From Gracilinanus agilis (lineage: Eukaryota): a stretch of 64,000 bases of DNA. The position numbers and the translations under genes were made by a program. The notes beneath the pieces are model-generated. The model ran no database searches, was not told where the DNA came from, and saw only the letters and a list, made by a program, of their open reading frames with translations. The DNA lies in the NCBI RefSeq assembly GCF_016433145.1, contig NC_058131.1:401173885-401237884 (forward strand). Reading direction: 5' to 3'. Below, in pieces: positions 60,551 to 64,000 of the stretch (the first letter of the stretch is position 1; each line of letters begins with the position of its first letter).

Positions 60551-61701
60551 GAGGAAGGGAGGAAAGATAGAAGGGAGGGAGGGAAGATGGAACAGAGAAA
60601 GGAAGGGAGGAAGAAAAAGAACCTTGCAGGTTCTGCCTTTGAGCATTTGCTTATGCTATTTTCCAACCCACCCTTTTTCTACCTACTTCCTTACACAAAG
60701 TCTCTAACCACTCTATCTAGTCATTGCACCCTAAATATGTCTTAAACATTGTTTCCCCAATCAGCTTTGTTTATTTCTCTAGAATCCCCTCTCTTCTGCT
60801 TAATTCTTACCCATCTTTCAACATGCAGCTAAATTCTCACTCAAGTGACACCCTTCTCTGACCAGCCCAGTCCACAACATTCTCTCTCCGTTACCCCCCA
60901 TCTCTTCTGATTCGTATTGTCTATAGTTCTACACTGCCTATTGCCTCGAATTGATTGCAAGTTCCATGAGAACGCAGACCAAGTCTAGTGCTTCTTTTTG
61001 TGCCCGTTGTGCCTAGCATAATCTCTTTCCCATTTAATGACTGGTTGAAGCACAGGTTTGATCTTGTTAATCCCATGCTTAGGAAACTAGTGATTCCTTC
61101 TTGCCTCTAGGATTAAAAAAAAAAACAAAACAAAAAAAAGCAAAACAAAAAAACAAAAAAACAAACTCCTCTACTGGACATTTAAAGCCCTTTGAAACCT
61201 GACTTCGACCTATTTTTCCCAACCGATTTCTCATGGATTCCCTTTCATACTCTCTGTTCTGTAAAGCGACTTAAAAATAACATAAAGTACTTTACAAATA
61301 CCTTCACATCAATTCTGGGAGATAGATTCTATTATTATCATGCCCATTTCACAGACAAGGAAACTGAGGCAGACAGAGATTAAGTGATTTGCCCAGGCGC
61401 ATGCAGCTAGTAAATGTCAGAGACTGGATTTGCATCTAGGTCTTTCTGACAAATGTACAGGACCTAGCTGCTTATATTGCCTCTACTTACCAGCTTACTT
61501 TCCTTGCACAGGATATTCATCTCTTGCCTCCACACCGTTGCACAGGTTGTCCTCTAGTCCCAGAATTCATCAAGTGGAAAGAATTCATTAAATGTTTACT
61601 ATGTACCAGTTCTAGGATTACAAAGAAAAAAGTAAAACAGTCCCTGACCCTGAGCAGCTTGTAATCTAATGTTGGGGAAGACACGGACATAAACAAGGCA
61701 T

Positions 61702-61950
61702 TGTTCAGTTGTTTCAGTCATGTTCAACTCCTCTTGATGCCATTTGGGGTTGTTTTTGTTTTTATCTTGGCAAAGATACTGGAGTAGTTTGTTATTTCCT
61801 TCTCCAGAACATTTTCCTGATGAGGAAACTGAGGCAAACAGGGTTAAGTGACTTGCTCAGGGTCACACAGTGAGTGTCTGAAACCTCATCTGAGCACAAA
61901 TTTCCCTGACTCCAAGCCTAGCATTCTATCCACCAGCCACCCAGCTGCCC
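61702..61950 (-). mobile_element. MAR1 SINE
   Basis: Antisense RTE tail plus CORE. Confidence 0.8.
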
Positions 61951-62146
61951 CATATGCTCCCTAGCATGTAGAAGTTTATACTGTAATTAAAATAATTTGC
62001 CTTGATATAAATGGCTCCATTTTAGGGGACACCATTTTGTGATGAAATGTTTTGGTGTTTGCTTTAAATAATTTGTTTTTTCAATATTAAGATAAACATA
62101 ATTGTGGTATAGATTGGTAAACAACATGTATGTTCATAAGCAACTC

Positions 62147-62392
62147 ACAAACATAGCTCAGTGGATAGAGCCCTGGGCCTGGAGTCAGGAAGTCTTATGC
62201 TCAGATGAGGTTTCAGATACTAGCTGTGTGGCCCTGGACAAGTCATTTAACCCTGTTTGCCTCCGTTCCTCATTTGTAAAATGATCTGAGAAGGAAATGG
62301 CGAACCACAATAATATCTTTGCCAAGAAAACTCCTAATGGGGGGTCATAAAGACTTGGACACAACCGAAATGACTGAAAAACAAAAACAAAA
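62147..62392 (+). mobile_element. MAR1 SINE
   Basis: GAGAAGGAAATGGCGAACCAC..TATCTTTGCCAAGAAAAC..GGACACAACCGAAATGACTGAA. Confidence 0.87.
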
Positions 62393-62906
62393 CACATATG
62401 GGACCCCCCAAAAGGACAGACCACCATTGGGAAAATTTGGTAAATAACTTTATCATTGAGTATTAATATGAGACATACTTCCTGGAAAGCCCTAGGGAAT
62501 GAGGATGGTTGTTTCTTCCAAATTTCTTTCCAAACTGATGGGGGGTGGGCTAATGTTTTATTATCTAATAGATAACATAAGTTGATGTTTGCATGTATTT
62601 TTTTAATAAAGTTTGATTACTAGCTTTGAAAAATATTTGTCTATTTAATGTTTCCATTGTACTAGTTAGGTGTGCAAGTCCATAAAGGAGCTATACAAAT
62701 ATGTGTGTATATACATACATACAATCAATGCAATTAGATTTAGGAGGGGCTCTAATGACATGGGGGAAGCAAGATTTCTTGTTGACAGTGGTTCCTGAGC
62801 TGTATCTTTTTTTTTAATGTATTTATTTGTTTGTTACCTTTAAATATCCAGTTAACGCCCTCCCCCCCCCAATTAAAGAAGGTATTGACAAAAAGGTATA
62901 TGTAGA

Positions 62907-63100
62907 GGGCAGGTAGGTGGTTCAGTGGATTGAGAACCAGCCCTAGAGATAGGAGGTCCTGGGTTCAAATTTGACCTCAGATACTTCCTAGCTGTGTGAT
63001 CCTGGGTAAGTCACTTAACCCCCATTGCCTAGTGCTTATTGCTCTTCTCCCTTGGTATTAATATATGGTATTGACTATAAGATGAAAGGTAAAGATTTGG
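62907..63100 (+). mobile_element. SINE1_Mdo
   Basis: Consensus match. Confidence 0.87.
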
Positions 63101-63124
63101 GAGGGGAAAAAGATGTATATATGA

Positions 63125-63248
63125 GAGAGGCAGAGACAGAGAGGTGGAGAGGGAGGGGGAGGGAGAGAAAGAGATGGAGGGAGAAAGAGAGGGAGGGAGG
63201 GAAGAAGGGTGAGAGGGAGAGAGATTGAGATAGAGGGAGAAAGGGAAG

Positions 63249-63288
<40 letters not shown>

Positions 63289-63293
63289 AGAGG
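63125..63293 (+). repeat. GA-rich purine tract ending in (GA)n
   Basis: Read directly from the sequence. Confidence 0.9.
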
Positions 63294-63386
63294 ACAATGT
63301 CTTCCTTATTTCTAGTTCTTCCTTTAGAGGTAGACAGGATTGAGCTGCATCTTGAAGGAAAACCCAGAGATTTCTTCTTATTCTTC

Positions 63387-63604
63387 TTTTTAAATTAAAG
63401 CCCTTACTTTCTGTCTTGGAATCAATACTCTGTATTGGTTCCAAGGCAGAAGAGTGGTAAGGGGTAGGCAATGTGGGTTAAGTGACTTGCCCAGGGTCAC
63501 ACAGCTAGGAAGTGTCTGAGGTCAAATTTGAACCTAGGACCTCCCATCTCTGGGCCTGACTCTCAATCAACTGAGCCACCCAACTGAGCCACCCAACTGC
63601 CCCC
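63387..63604 (-). mobile_element. SINE1_Mdo inside an antisense L2 relic (about 63300-64000)
   Basis: Consensus match with a 13-bp internal tandem duplication CAACTGAGCCACC. Confidence 0.87.
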
Positions 63605-64000
63605 TAAACCCAGAGATTTCAAGACACCGAGAGGATGCATTCTAAACATGGAGGAAAACAATGCAAAGTGCAGAAATGGGGGGAAGTTGGAGTATTTCGA
63701 GAGAAGAACAGCAAAGAGGTCAGTATGGCTGAATAGAAGAGTTTGCTAAGGAGGGTAAAGTATAATAGACGGGAAAGGTAGGAAAGATTCTGTAGAGATT
63801 TAAATATCAGACAGAGGAATATTTATTTGACCTAAGAGGAAAGAGGGAGTCACTAGTTTATTGACAAAAGAAATAAGACACCAGGGCCTCTGACTTAAGA
63901 AAATCACTTGAGGCAGCTTCATGGAGTATGGTTTGAAGTAGGGAAAGGGAGAGAGACAAAGAGAAGGCTATTGCAATAGTGTAGGAGAGTGGAAAGGAGG

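Noticed and set aside
1-64000. CRISPR arrays, rRNA, snoRNA/miRNA, NUMT, or prokaryote-type systems
   Set aside because: No regularly spaced repeats, rRNA motifs, convincing box C/D or H/ACA structure, or mitochondrial sequence recognised; the window is vertebrate genomic DNA.

Overview
This is AT-rich, repeat-dense marsupial DNA. The opossum-type SINE1_Mdo and MAR1 SINEs point to a didelphid such as Monodelphis. It holds two complete, convergent protein-coding genes. PCDH12 is on the + strand (4 coding exons, 13728-25869, 1185 aa). DELE1/KIAA0141 is on the - strand (12 coding exons, 44684-33219, 510 aa). Both were assembled by hand and splice into open frames with GT-AG junctions. The GC-rich left edge (1-300) is probably the RNF14 promoter by eutherian synteny. 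The rest is intergenic or intronic DNA with about 21 SINE1_Mdo copies, MIR/MAR1/L2/L3/L1 relics, several solo LTRs, hAT MITEs, a 7SL retrocopy and two N-gaps. No new gene family is demonstrable. The most interesting candidate is a possible regulatory layer on the stress relay DELE1: an out-of-frame uORF overlapping the start codon, and a sense-oriented solo LTR in intron 4. That LTR could either truncate the transcript or launch an isoform lacking the mitochondrial presequence, starting at Met229. These are sequence-based hypotheses only. Repeat boundaries without TSDs are approximate, and repeat family names and human comparisons come from recall, not from a database search.
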